Source: Vairimorpha necatrix
Lineage: Eukaryota
DNA: 64,000 nucleotides
NCBI GenBank assembly: GCA_036630325.1
Contig: CP142734.1
Location: 62,001 to 126,000 of the forward strand
Direction of reading: 5' to 3'
Shown here piece by piece: positions 1 through 11,800 of the stretch. A model generated the notes under the pieces. The model was not told where the DNA came from. It did no database searches and saw only the letters and a program-made list of their open reading frames with translations. The number at the start of each line of letters is the position of its first letter. The first letter of the stretch is position 1. A program made the position numbers and the translations under genes.

Positions 1-553
1 TTAAGTAAACTTTTTTAAAAAATCTAAGGACGTTTTTTACTTGTTTGCAGTTTTCGGCCAATAATTAAAATTTTACTAAAAAATTTAAATTCTTTTGACA
101 GGGTTGACATGTGTCAGATGAGAATGTTTGATATTTTTTGAAAGAAATATTTGGCTAAAAACAGCATTAGTGTAAAAAAAATGTGGGTCAAAATTTTTAA
201 AAAATGGAAGGGAATGCTGAGTAAAAAAATTGAAGATTTTTACGAACGTCTGCTAAACAAGAAATATAAGCAGAAATGTACAATTTGTGGTTGGAATACG
301 TCTTGAGTATTTAAAAAACAGCTTATTTATATGCAAGTTCCCCAAATGCAGATAGAGATTTTCAATTTTAAATAATTCTTGTTTTCAAATAGTAAGATAA
401 ATCATCTTCTTTTGTTGAAAATTGTTAATCTGTGGATAATGAGACTTAAAATAGCGCACATTTCTAAACTATGGATTAAAATATTCAAAATGTGACTTAT
501 ACACTTGAGAAATTGTATAAATTAAGAATTTTTGAGAAGTATTTAAATAAGAC

Positions 554-622
554 TGTAGATATTTATTTTTAAAATTTGTAAACGCCTGATTTTTATGAAC
601 GACAACAATAAATCTATTGACA
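554..622 (+). repeat. 5' LTR (69 bp)
   Basis: Direct repeat of 5040-5108, followed by the PBS. Confidence 0.9.
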
Positions 623-715
623 TGGTGGAGAATGGGACATCAAAGCCCATAAACATGGTTATAACATAAAGAAAACAACTTAAAGAATGTAAGAGATTGG
701 GAATGATGTCTTTCA

Positions 716-1483
716 GCTGCCCTTAGCCCAGTGGTAGAAGGCAATGCTTCCATTGAGCAACGGCTGGGTTCGATTCCCAGGGGCACCAAAATTGTTTCTA
801 CTTTCTATGTTTCAGTTGGAACAACTCAGATGATGAAAATGTATACGATAATCATTAAGTTTATTCAATAAACCTTGTGTGTGTCCAGCCACAAGGGGAT
901 TAGCATCTAGTGTAGAAACGCACCTCAAGGCCAAAAACAGTATCACCCTTGTGGTGACGTAATGATACATAAAAGTATCTAATGGGTACGGCCTAGTTGG
1001 AGCCCATGGCTGGTGACTCTAGAGTAGGATTCTAGAGCTAACTAAGAGACTAGACGAAGTAGGGCAATAGAAGGTCTCGTGGACCCTATCCCACAAGATT
1101 CTGTAACACGGTGGCCGAAACTAGTGCGAAACTTGTGATCAACGCAGCCCAATAAAAACGCCGAGCTGGTGATATGGTCGTGTAAGGAGCCGTGTGTGCA
1201 ATACAGATGATTGTAGGGACCTTTGAGTCAGTACGATGATGTCTCTCCTCAGGCTATATATAACCATGCCCGTTAAGTATATCCGCTGTGAGGTCACTCT
1301 GGACGCGATTTGAGGTATAAATTGAAAGTGTTCGCCTGGAGCAAAGTATAATGGATACGGCGGAGCTTGCTGCACTGAGAAGTTGTATAAGAGTTTTAGT
1401 GAGTAAGAATCTCACAGTACCAATTGGATGAGTATCACACCCAATTCCCTCTGGTCCCTATGTATAGTTATTCCTACCTCTTA
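716..1483 (+). mobile_element. tRNA-headed SINE-like / Pol III structured-RNA insertion within gag
   Basis: tRNA-like head 718-788; GC-richer body with many stems; candidate TSD CTTTCA (710-715, 1484-1489); gag-like coding resumes after it. Confidence 0.65.
718..788 (+). ncRNA. tRNA-like sequence (pseudo-tRNA / SINE head)
   Basis: A-box TAGCCCAGTGG; T-arm CTGGG-TTCGATT-CCCAG (B-box); only a 5-bp acceptor TGCCC/GGGCA; encoded CCA; aberrant anticodon arm. Confidence 0.7.
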
Positions 1484-2647
1484 CTTTCAAGAAGAAAAAA
1501 ATGTCGTCTTTATTAGCAAAAACGATTAAGTAAAAACCGAGTACATCGTAGGAAGAGCAGAGTACGCATTTATGTAATGGTATAGGGAGTATCTAGAGTC
1601 GCGAATAAAATGCGCTCTAATGTATGAAAAATGGTTTAGAGTCGCCAAAGCAGAATTAGTTAAGAAAAAGATTTCCCTGGGTGAGATATACCACCGATTA
1701 AACCAGGATGAGAACGAAGGCATTATAGCCTATATAGAAAGGGCAAAGAAAAAGCTAGTTTCTACAAGTTGAGCGATTTAGATATTGTAGACATCATCGC
1801 AGAAGGACTGCTTGCAGAGAATAGCGATATAAAAAAATGTCTATGGTCAGTTAATTCAATAGGAGCTCTAAAACTCCAGAGAATTCATGGCATGGAAGAA
1901 GAAAAGAAAAAAGAGAAACAAGTAGACAAGAAGAACAACCTAAATTCTCTTTTAGCAAGATAAACTGCTTTAAAAATAAACGAAAAATTCCAGTTCTACA
2001 GGATATTATAAATGCGGACGATGGGGTCATTTCGCTAGGTTATGTCGAAAGTATCGTGAAAATGTGAGAAATAACGGAAAAGAGACCGATAGATCAAGGA
2101 GAATCGATGGTATAAGCAAAGATATTGCAGAAATTTAAATAAAGAGAGTTTTATCTATGTTTAAGGCGAAAAAGTTGCAGTTTTATTTGACACTGGTGGA
2201 ACATATAATTTTATGAGTTACTTAGTAATACAAAGACTATCACTCATACCTAAAGAACTGAATGAGGAAAAAATTCTGATTCTGTTTGGAAGAACGATTT
2301 AGTATCAAACAACATGTTTCACTAGAATTTTAATATAAAAACATTAAATGTACGGTCGATTTTTAAGTCCTCCCAAAGGTTAAATCTGAGAAAATTCTGA
2401 TAGGAGCAAACACGATAAAATATGTGATGAACAAAGTTCAATTTAAATATATTTGTGAAATAAAAACAAAAGAAGGATGTAAGGTTGTGGAAAAGGTATA
2501 CCTTTTACCAAAAAGCTAGAAGTTTAAGCGGATAAATCTATAAAGGCACTTATTGAGAAAGGATACATATGTAAGTCGAGTATCTCCTGGTTAAATAATC
2601 TTCGACCAGGAATAAAGCCGGATGGAAAGGTTAGAATAACGACTAAT

Positions 2648-3232
2648 TTGGTGGCATTGAACAACCTTGTCGAACTGGATCGTTATTCATTACCAAATAT
2701 CGACGAAATATTATCCAATTTAAGAGATATGAAGTTTTTTTCTACGATCGACCTGAAAGACGGATTTTTCCAGATACCATTAAGCGTTAGAGATAGACAC
2801 AAAACAGCATTCCGATACAAACATGTGCTATATGAGTTGACAGTAATGCCACAACGATTTAAAAATAACGCAGTTATTTTTCAACGATATATGGATCATG
2901 TTCTGAATAGAAGGCTCGTTAAGTCGTGTTATTGTTATGTTGACGACATTCTAGTTTTTGGTAGGAATGAGATAGAACATGACGAGGCACATAAGAGAGT
3001 TACAGATATACTTAAACAATATAATATGAATATCAATATTGACAAAGCACTAGTCAAAAATGAGGAAGTGAAATTTTTGGGCCACAAAATAACCCATAAT
3101 AAAGTTCTACCTTGTGGAAACGAACACAGGCGCTCGAAGATCATTAGCCTCCGAAAGTTAAAAAGAAAAAGTCAGGAGTTCTTAAGGCTGAAAAATTACT
3201 ATAGAAAATTCATTCCTAATTGTGAAAATTAG
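2648..3232 (+). pseudogene. Ty3/Gypsy reverse transcriptase fragment
   Basis: IDLKDGFFQI, KTAF and YVDDILVFG motifs; stops and frameshifts on both sides. Confidence 0.9.
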
Positions 3233-4120
3233 GCGGACCCCCTTTATGATTTGTTAAAGGCCGATAAAACGTTTTACTGGAGAGAAGCAGAAAACAATGC
3301 ATTCCTAGCCCTCATAAATTCACTTAAAGATAGCACGGAATTGACACAGCCAGATTTTAATAAGCGATTTAAATTAGAGACTGTTGCGTCAAAGAGTGTG
3401 ATAGCTGAGATATATTCCAAAAATTCAAAGGTGAAGATAAAGCCGTAGCCTTTGCATCCAGTAGACTGAAGGAAACGGAAATACAATACAGCATCAGTAA
3501 AAGGAATGCCCAGCAAAACTACAAGGCATTGAAAATATAAGTACTTTTTGTATGATACTGATTTTGAAGTAATCACGGACCATAAAGCCCTAGAGGCACT
3601 AAATGAGGGAGAAATAAAGACGTTAAGAATACAAAGATGGTTAGAGAAATGCGAATTTTAGTTAAAAACAAGTATAAAAAAGAAAAGGAGATGCCACACG
3701 TAGACTGTCTGAGCCGTAAACCTACCAGTTGTTCATCAGAAATTAGCCCTCTCCTACAATTCGATTCGCAGCCTACGATAAGTGAAGTTGAAAGAACAGA
3801 TAGAGCAAATCCATAAAGCGCTCTTGTATAGAGGGATACAATCTATGAAGTATGAAATCGAGAAAGGGAATTTGAGGTAAAAACGTGGAAGAGGTGATAA
3901 GAAAAGTTATTAAAAGATGCACTATTTGTGCAAAATAAAATCTAAAAAAAGAAGTTTTCTATATGTAACAGCTTACGAGAAGGTTAATATTGATTTTGTT
4001 GGCCCTATTAATAACCAATACATAATCACCGAAATTGATTATTTTACAAGGCACGGATTTGCTAAGATAATTAAATCGCGAAGAAACCTCAAAAGTCTGA
4101 GAATTTATTGAAGAGATCAA

Positions 4121-4474
4121 TGATAATGGTGTATAATGGATTATACCACAGCTTATATAATTAACTAATGGAAACTAAAACGCTGATTCTTCATCGGACC
4201 GATCGATGATGGGCAGCTATTATTAATTAGTTATATCATATTTGCTTCTATTGGTTACTCTAACTATAAATAAGAAAAATCTTGTTAACAAGACACATAA
4301 CTCAAACACTAACAAGCACCCTTCCTTCTATACTTTAGATAAGCAAACCTCTTTTTATAACAATAAACAATCTTTTTGTCTTCAAACTATCTAAATTTCG
4401 GTTTTCACGGCACTGCAAACCGTAGCATCATTGAATGCTTCCTTGCCACAGGCAAGCCCCCGGTAAACACGCCA
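4121..4474. mobile_element. ~350-bp insertion of unknown type within the integrase
   Basis: Integrase reads EFIEEIN before and KLKIKTLILDQ after, collinear with FFDEVYNDIKIKILILDQ of the 39749 copy; internal hairpins, TATAAATA and AATAAA; boundaries approximate. Confidence 0.55.
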
Positions 4475-5039
4475 GAAAAGTTAAAGATAAAAACATTAAT
4501 TCTAGATCAATTGAAAGAAAATGCGGGAAATTTAGTTAAAAAATTATGTGCCGACAAGAATATTGGTCTTCATTATACCTCACCATTCCATCATCAATTA
4601 AATTGAAGGGTAGAGCGTTTTAACAGGACTTTACAGGATCTTATTTATAAAAATATTGACGGAAAACTACTGACACAAAGATTAACACGTTCCTTACACG
4701 TATACAACACCACATTTAACACAGGAATTATAATGACTTCAACAGAAGCATGTAAGCAAGAAAATGCTGAGAAATTGAAAAAAACACAACCACGACTAAT
4801 ACTAAAATCCAAAACTAAGCACGAAAGTAAACCTACGGAATACAATTTCGAAAAGGGGATATAGTGATGACAAGGAATAAGGCATAAATAAAAAAGGCGC
4901 TTCAAAGTATTCGTACAAAGGAATGGTAGTTGACTCGCTTGATAATGACCCTTGCTTAATTGATGTTGGTTGTAGAAGATTTAAAAGGCATGCTGCACAG
5001 CTAAAATTAATAGTTGACGATATGTTTTAAAAAGGGGGA

Positions 5040-5108
5040 TGTTGATATTTATTTTTAAATTTTATAAACCCCTAATTTTTATGAAGGACAACAATAAATC
5101 TATTGACA
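5040..5108 (+). repeat. 3' LTR (69 bp)
   Basis: Preceded by the PPT, followed by TSD AAGAC. Confidence 0.9.
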
Positions 5109-7749
5109 AAGACAAATCAAATAGGAAGCGAAAATATTATAGTAACGATGAAAGCAAAATGGGTAAAAAAAATTTCGAGGAAGATCGGTTTAAGGTGTTT
5201 GGTGTTTCGTTATGGTATAAATAACAGTAGAAAAGAAGATAATTGTTGTTATAATAAACAAAAAAAACAAAAATACATTGCTTCCAATCTTATTTAAGCT
5301 TGTAAATTTTAAATCCATAATTCATTCTGATATGTGGAGGGCATATATAACACTAAAAAGCTATTATACGGACCATAGAACTGCGAATCACAGTTAAACA
5401 TTTAGAAATAATGAAACAGGTGTCCACACAAACATTATCGAAGGGAATTGGAGGTCTTTAAAGGCCTCTATGCCCAATAGGTGTAGAACATAATCTTTCT
5501 GAAATCTATTCAACTTTGTATATGATTTAAAGATAAGAGAGTCAAGACGTCTTGTAGCATTATTAAAATAATGTTTTTGATATATTTTACTTATTTTAAT
5601 AGTTATTTTATTACGTTTTTATATCTTAAATTCATTTTATTTTTTTTACTCAGCATTCCCAATCTTTTTTAAAACAAGGGGCAATTTTTAAAAATTTTGA
5701 CCCCCCCCCATTTTTTTACACTAATGATGTTTTTAGCCAAATTTTTAAAAGAATAACAGGGTATGCCGGCAAATAATCTTCCAATATACCTTGTTTTGTG
5801 ATGCTTCAAAAGAAATTTCATTTTTAATCGTCTTATTATATTATTTATAGATAGCTTATTTAAAGATAGACATTTATGTGCAAAAATACATAATATTATT
5901 ACGGTTTTAACTTTTATTGATTTCAAATCATAATTTGTTGTATCATCTAATCTACTTCAGGTAAAGCGACAATTCATTAATTATATTGCGATGGATATCA
6001 AGAAGCGTAATTATTGTATTTAGAAAACGTAGGTTATTTTAAATACTAACTCTAAGTTATATTTAGTATTCTATCTGAGCTAGTTTTTTCATGTATAGAT
6101 ATATCAATTTTATTGAAGCTATACATAATGTTTTTACTTCACTTGAAATAATCAATCGCTATATATAACAATATAAAATGTTCATAATAAATAATGATGC
6201 ACGATAATCCTTAATTTGATTTGTCCAACATATAAAATCTACAAAAAGAATGATTTTATTTTTAGTAAAACACATTTAGTAACTAGTTTTTTTTTTGAAC
6301 ACAGGTGTTTTATAAAATTTAAAAAACATTTATTTGTTATGGATACTTTTGTAATACAACTACTCATTTTTGGCCCTGAAACTAAATTTATCGTTATATT
6401 TTTTTTTGGTATGGTCAATAAATGACATGTTTAAAATTATTTTTACCGTCTTATATGTTTATTAGCACTTTAATGATAAAAAATATTTCAAAAATAATTT
6501 CTACAACCAAATCAAAGCATTTATAAAGTATTTTAGTTTTTAATTGCATATTTGCACACATCTATGCTACTTGGTCCTTAAACAAATACTTTTTGCACCA
6601 TAAAATTTCATATGATATTTCTATTCAGTATGAAGCTTAGTTTTTTTTTTCAAACAAAATATTTAGGTTACTTTTATAATGACCACATATTTTGGTGCAA
6701 ACTTTGTGTTTTAAATTACTTTTTGACACAATAAGCTAGACGTAAGGACAATATGAAATACTTGAAATGTCTTTTTACAATGTTTCTATTTATTCTAGCT
6801 CGCACTAAAGCCAATAAAACATTAAATTGTACGTTTTCAAGTTTACTAGTTCTTTATTATGCGTATATAATCGCAACATCCAAAAAAATTGTTTTGTATT
6901 ATAAGGAGATTTTTGGGGGCAGTAAATATTTCTAATAATCATCATAAGACGTAAAACACTACTACACATGCGTATAAATAATTTTGTACATCAAAAATTG
7001 TATATTATTGGAGGAAACATTCAGGCCATTTTATTCTCTTGGTATAAATTAGTAATAATAGTAAGAACTACAGTTATCCATGAGTTAATTATATTTAACT
7101 ATAAATATTCTAAAAAGTAGTATATTAAAGTTGTAAAAAAAATACTTCAAGATACGAACGGCAATCGTGTAGTTTTAGTGTGAATCTATGGAATGGTGCT
7201 TAATTTTTTTATATATCTTAACAATCGCTTTTATGTTAAATATAAAATTTACAATCCCAATTAAAAAATTTAAAAGGAACTGTTTAAGTTTTCAGGCAAG
7301 AAAGATATTTGCATATTACTATGATTGAAATACAAAAAGGAATATAGAAGTATTTATCTCTTGGTTTTCGTTTATGTAGCATCAACTTCCCATATTTATG
7401 CTATATGTAATTGCATAATTATTTTTATTAGGCAATTTTATTAAAAATACTAAATAAAACAATACATTCTAGAACAGTCTATAAAAAACTTGCAGCATAG
7501 GGCATACATTAAAGTTGTTCGCTTAAAAATTTAATAAAATGAAAATTAGTTTAAAATTCATTTATAAATGAAAGTTTTTTATAAAAAAATATATTTGGAC
7601 TTATTAATGACAACAGATTGTTATTCTAAGTCCTATATATCCGGAGAAAAAATACTTTAAAGCGGCTAAAATAAAAAATAAATTTAAGTGCGTAAATAAA
7701 GAATCTTATAAATAAAAAGAAATTCATCTATAAAGGAATTGAAAGAAAA

Positions 7750-8872
7750 TATTAGATGATTTCATTTCAATATAGTATCTAAAGTTGTATTCATTTTTTA
7801 AACCCTATTAAATAATAGTTCCTTCTTCTATCAATAACAATAAATGTTTTTCGTACAAGGTCAAAACAATTGACAAAATCTTCATTTATATCATCTTTAG
7901 ATTATAGTTGGCTATTTAATAAGTTTAGCACAGTAATTAGTGAAGTTTTATCAAATAATCTCAGTATCTCAATCCAAAAATTTATTTCTTTCAATTGTAA
8001 TATTAGTGTGCAAAATATAAGCCAAGCTTTTCTTCTCTCTTTCTTCCAACCCCAACGCAATATATCTGAAAAATTATCCAATAATTTTAAAGCTTTTCTT
8101 ATTTCATTTAGTTTTATCTTCTTCGTTTGTCTTAAATATTATTTATTGCACCCATTTAAGTGAAAAAACACATTTGTCAATATTCTACTTTTATCATATG
8201 CGTCTTTAATTCTGTCACTGAATTTTGGAATGTTTGTAAAGAAATCAGAACTAAAAAATATTTTTTGTCCAATTTTTCTTTGTCCATATTTAATTGTATA
8301 TAACATTCATATATTAAACTACTTATAGTGTTTTTTTTTGTACTTTTTTGAATTGATTGGGCTTGTAGTGTTGACATAATGGTTGAAGCTGAACAAGGTC
8401 TTATACTTTCTATATTAAATTTTTTAAAAAAGTCTTCGTTGACTATATCATCATCCTGTTGAGATGAACATGGATTTATTTTTATATTCGCAATTTTTGA
8501 ATCTTTTTTATGTATTTTATCTTTAATAAATAATTCTTCTGTGGGTAAAATGTTGTCTCTGTAATTATCAGATATTAAACTAGAAAAATCTATAATCACC
8601 ACATTCTTCGAACACGTTTCGCAAATTATAATATGTTTTTTCATTGTGTTTATCATAGAAAAGTTGATGGCTATCGTATAGCTGAAATTTTCGGTGTTAT
8701 CTTTTTCACCATTTGTATATTGAAAAATGACTTTGGCTTTGAATCAAAGAAATTTTCATCAACGGGTTTACCATTTTTTGCAGTGAATTATCTATTTCAA
8801 TAAAATTTACAGAATCGACATTTTCGATAGCAAAATATTTTGAGCAGGAAATATAGAAAATGTCAATATCAT
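7750..8872 (-). pseudogene. Probable decayed gene (fragment ORF 8177-8656)
   Basis: CCC motif then ATG at 8872 with a hydrophobic start, early stop, coding-like K/E-rich fragments in shifting frames; boundaries approximate. Confidence 0.35.
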
Positions 8873-11800
8873 TTAGTGGGCATATTTTAAAAGAGTTAAC
8901 AAAATGTCTTTATAACTAATTATAAATACATTATTTATTTTATAGATTCCAAATCATTGTCTCATAGAGCAAACAAAAAATTTTTATATCATATGCGAAC
9001 AAACAATACAATAGACAACTGATTAAACTTAAAAAATACTACTTCGTTGACATAGACTAGACATGTATTTTATAAAGTACAATTATATTTGCTAAGATTT
9101 GATATTTTTAATTTTTGTTGTATAAGAATTAAAGATTAACACGTCATAATAAACAGGAAATAATCGTCATTGAGGATATTAACAGACCCTTCTCTAGGGA
9201 TCGTTCATTTTTTATTTTTTTCCTTAAAAAATAAAATTCCAAAAAATAACAACAAAGAACAAAAATTACTAACCATTTTTGTTAAGAAAAAAAAAATATG
9301 CATATATTTGTGCACAATACCTAAAGCAAAAATAAATCATTGCCTTTTCATTATATTTTATCGACTTTTGTGGTTTGATTTTATTGAAATGTTTCTTTTA
9401 ATTGATAAAAGATTTTTAGAATGCAAATCTGTGAGAAAATGGTTTTATGTGTGAACTTTATTTCTATTTACCGTATACTTATTGAAAAAATCTTTTCTTA
9501 AATAAGCAAAACATTATAAAATAAACAAAATAAAAATAGTTAACATATGTTTATTGTTTAACGCGACCATAATCATTAATTAAAATTTAATCGAGCATAT
9601 GCATATTTGTTTCTTTATGTTATCATCAACAAAAAAGGAAATTTGTATTTTTTCCTTTCTTCCTGCTAATTGTACTTTATCTTTGGGACTCAAAAAAGAG
9701 ACAATGCTTAGTTGGAAAGTCTGAAAATTCTTAGGCATCATATTTATAGTTGGATATTTTATTCACCTAAATCTTTCATGGTTTTTTATTTTAATTACTT
9801 ATATTTAAATATAACATTATTAATATATAAATCAATTGTTAGTCCATAACATTATCCGGTTTTTTGTAGTTTATCCCGAAGTTTTAAAGCTTTGACTATA
9901 TACTCATAACCTCATTAAATATATTAATAAAAAAAAGCTTTCTTTTTACTCAAATTTTATAGTCACTTTACTTGCTTAAATTTGTTAAATAATATGTTTT
10001 TTACATAAATACATGTTACTATTTTATTCAAACGATGTGTATTTATTAGATACTTTTAATAATTTTTTAGTCAACCTCGTTGCTCTTTAGCCTTGTATAT
10101 AGATTATACAAGCTTTTAAATTTTTTACAAAAGAATGATGATTTTAAATATAAACAGATCTGTATATTTGTCATGTATTATCTTTTATCTTCAATTTTTG
10201 AGCTCAATGAATTAATGATACATATTAATGACTGATCAAAATGAAAATAGTCTAAAATTATTTGCTAACTTGTTATTATATGAGTTCTGGTTTTTGTAGT
10301 TTGTTGCAAATTCCATTGTAATTTAATTAACCAATTATTAAATAAGCGTTATCTCGTTTAAAAAAAAATATAAAATTACATTTGAATGAATCGGATATAA
10401 ACTTTTTATAAGTAAAAAATATTAGTGCTTAGTTCTCTATTTAAAAATTTAAAAAAAAATCTTCGCAATATTCAAAATATATGATTAATAAAGATTCGTT
10501 ACAATCTATAACTTAACAGAAACCCCCCTTGTTCTACAACAAATTGTTGTGTTTTAATAATTTTTTAGAAATATTTTTCTAAATAAACTTGTTTTGCATT
10601 AATATATTAGATTGTTTATGTGGCGCTTTAAATACTCAGTTTAATTTCAGAAATAACTCGGCTCCTTCACGAAAAGACAAGCTTAGATTTATTTATAAGA
10701 TTATGAGTATTTTCGTTTATATATTTGTATTATATGTTTTTGATTTTTCATTGAAATTTTTACTAAGTTGTATTTATAATATTCTGACGCATGAAAACTG
10801 CCCAAATAAACATAATGTTATAATTTGTAACATTATCTAGAACAAACTAATTTTTAAAAAGAAATGAAAACTACAAGAATGATTAATTAAATTTTAGATA
10901 CGAATCTTTGTGTATTATCAATTCTTTTATCGTATGCTTTAACATTGTTTACGCCATAATTAATTTATTTTTTTTATATTTCTTATATTTGTCTAATGAG
11001 ACTTCTCTAGATTTATATGATAATTTTCAACATAGTATTTTCATTTAATTATCAGTTTTGCACTTTACTAATAGTACTTTTTATGAAGAAAAAAGTGGCA
11101 ATATGATCGAAGATATAAATCGACATTTATCATATCTCAATTACCTAAAAGAAATAAAGTCGTTTGATGAATCTATTAATAGAGTGTTTGTGAAAGAAAG
11201 AGCATCAGAACAAGTAAGTATGCATATAGACCGTAGGTTTTTATTGTATTCCGCGATAGCTACTCTTTGGACAATAGAAGTTTTGTTGGATCAAAATCAT
11301 CAATTGATTTTGCATTATATAGAAAGACCTGGGATTGACGCTTGTGGTCTATCAGGGAATTTTTTGCATTAGTTATTTGCAAAATATTTAATAATGAAAA
11401 TGAATTTTTTTTATTCTCAAAGTAGTATACATCTTAACTTATTATAACACAAATAGGTATTCTATGAACGCTTTAGAAATTTAGGTTATGAAACTCTAGA
11501 CAAACTAATAGGCTTGATACTCAAAAAAAAGATCACTACGGTATTAGATTTTACCAAATTGTATAGAAAAAAAATTTAGAAATTTCTTGGAGATGTAAGA
11601 TTATGGAAATGTTGATCCGCTCTATTAAAACATTTAATCCAATTAAATAATGATCAAATTTTACTTGTGTCTCTAGATCTTAGCTTTGAGAATGAAGAAG
11701 GAGAATAATGAATAAAACATGGAAAAAATGTATGAGTGTAGCAAAGTAACATGAGGATTATATATATATATGAGACATATAAAAATAAATACGATAAAAA

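Larger units (their letters stand above)
554..5108 (+). mobile_element. Degenerate Ty3/Gypsy LTR retrotransposon with 69-bp LTRs
   Basis: LTRs 554-622 and 5040-5108 (TG...CA, 63/69 identical); TSD AAGAC (549-553, 5109-5113); PBS TGGTGGAGAAT at 623; PPT AAAAAGGGGGA before 5040; protease LFDTGG (~2185), RT YVDD (ORF 2648-3232), RNase H and integrase remnants. Confidence 0.92.
153..5738 (+). mobile_element. Merlin (IS1595/ISXO2-like DDE) DNA transposon, degenerate, interrupted by a Ty3/Gypsy element
   Basis: Imperfect long TIRs starting GGCTAAAAA (153-~230 vs ~5640-5738); flanks AAATATTT/AAATTTTT (8-bp TSD, 1 mismatch); frameshifted transposase remnants IHSDMWRAY and TGVHTNIIEGNWRSLK at ~5317-5463. 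Confidence 0.85.

Noticed and set aside
718-788. Functional tRNA gene
   Set aside because: Acceptor stem only 5 bp, irregular anticodon arm, encoded CCA, no Pol III terminator directly downstream, and it lies within a retrotransposon
1040-1140. Hammerhead/HDV/twister ribozyme or RNase P motifs
   Set aside because: Partial words (GAAAC, GCGAA, GAAGGTCT) are present but I could not assemble a complete consensus topology by eye
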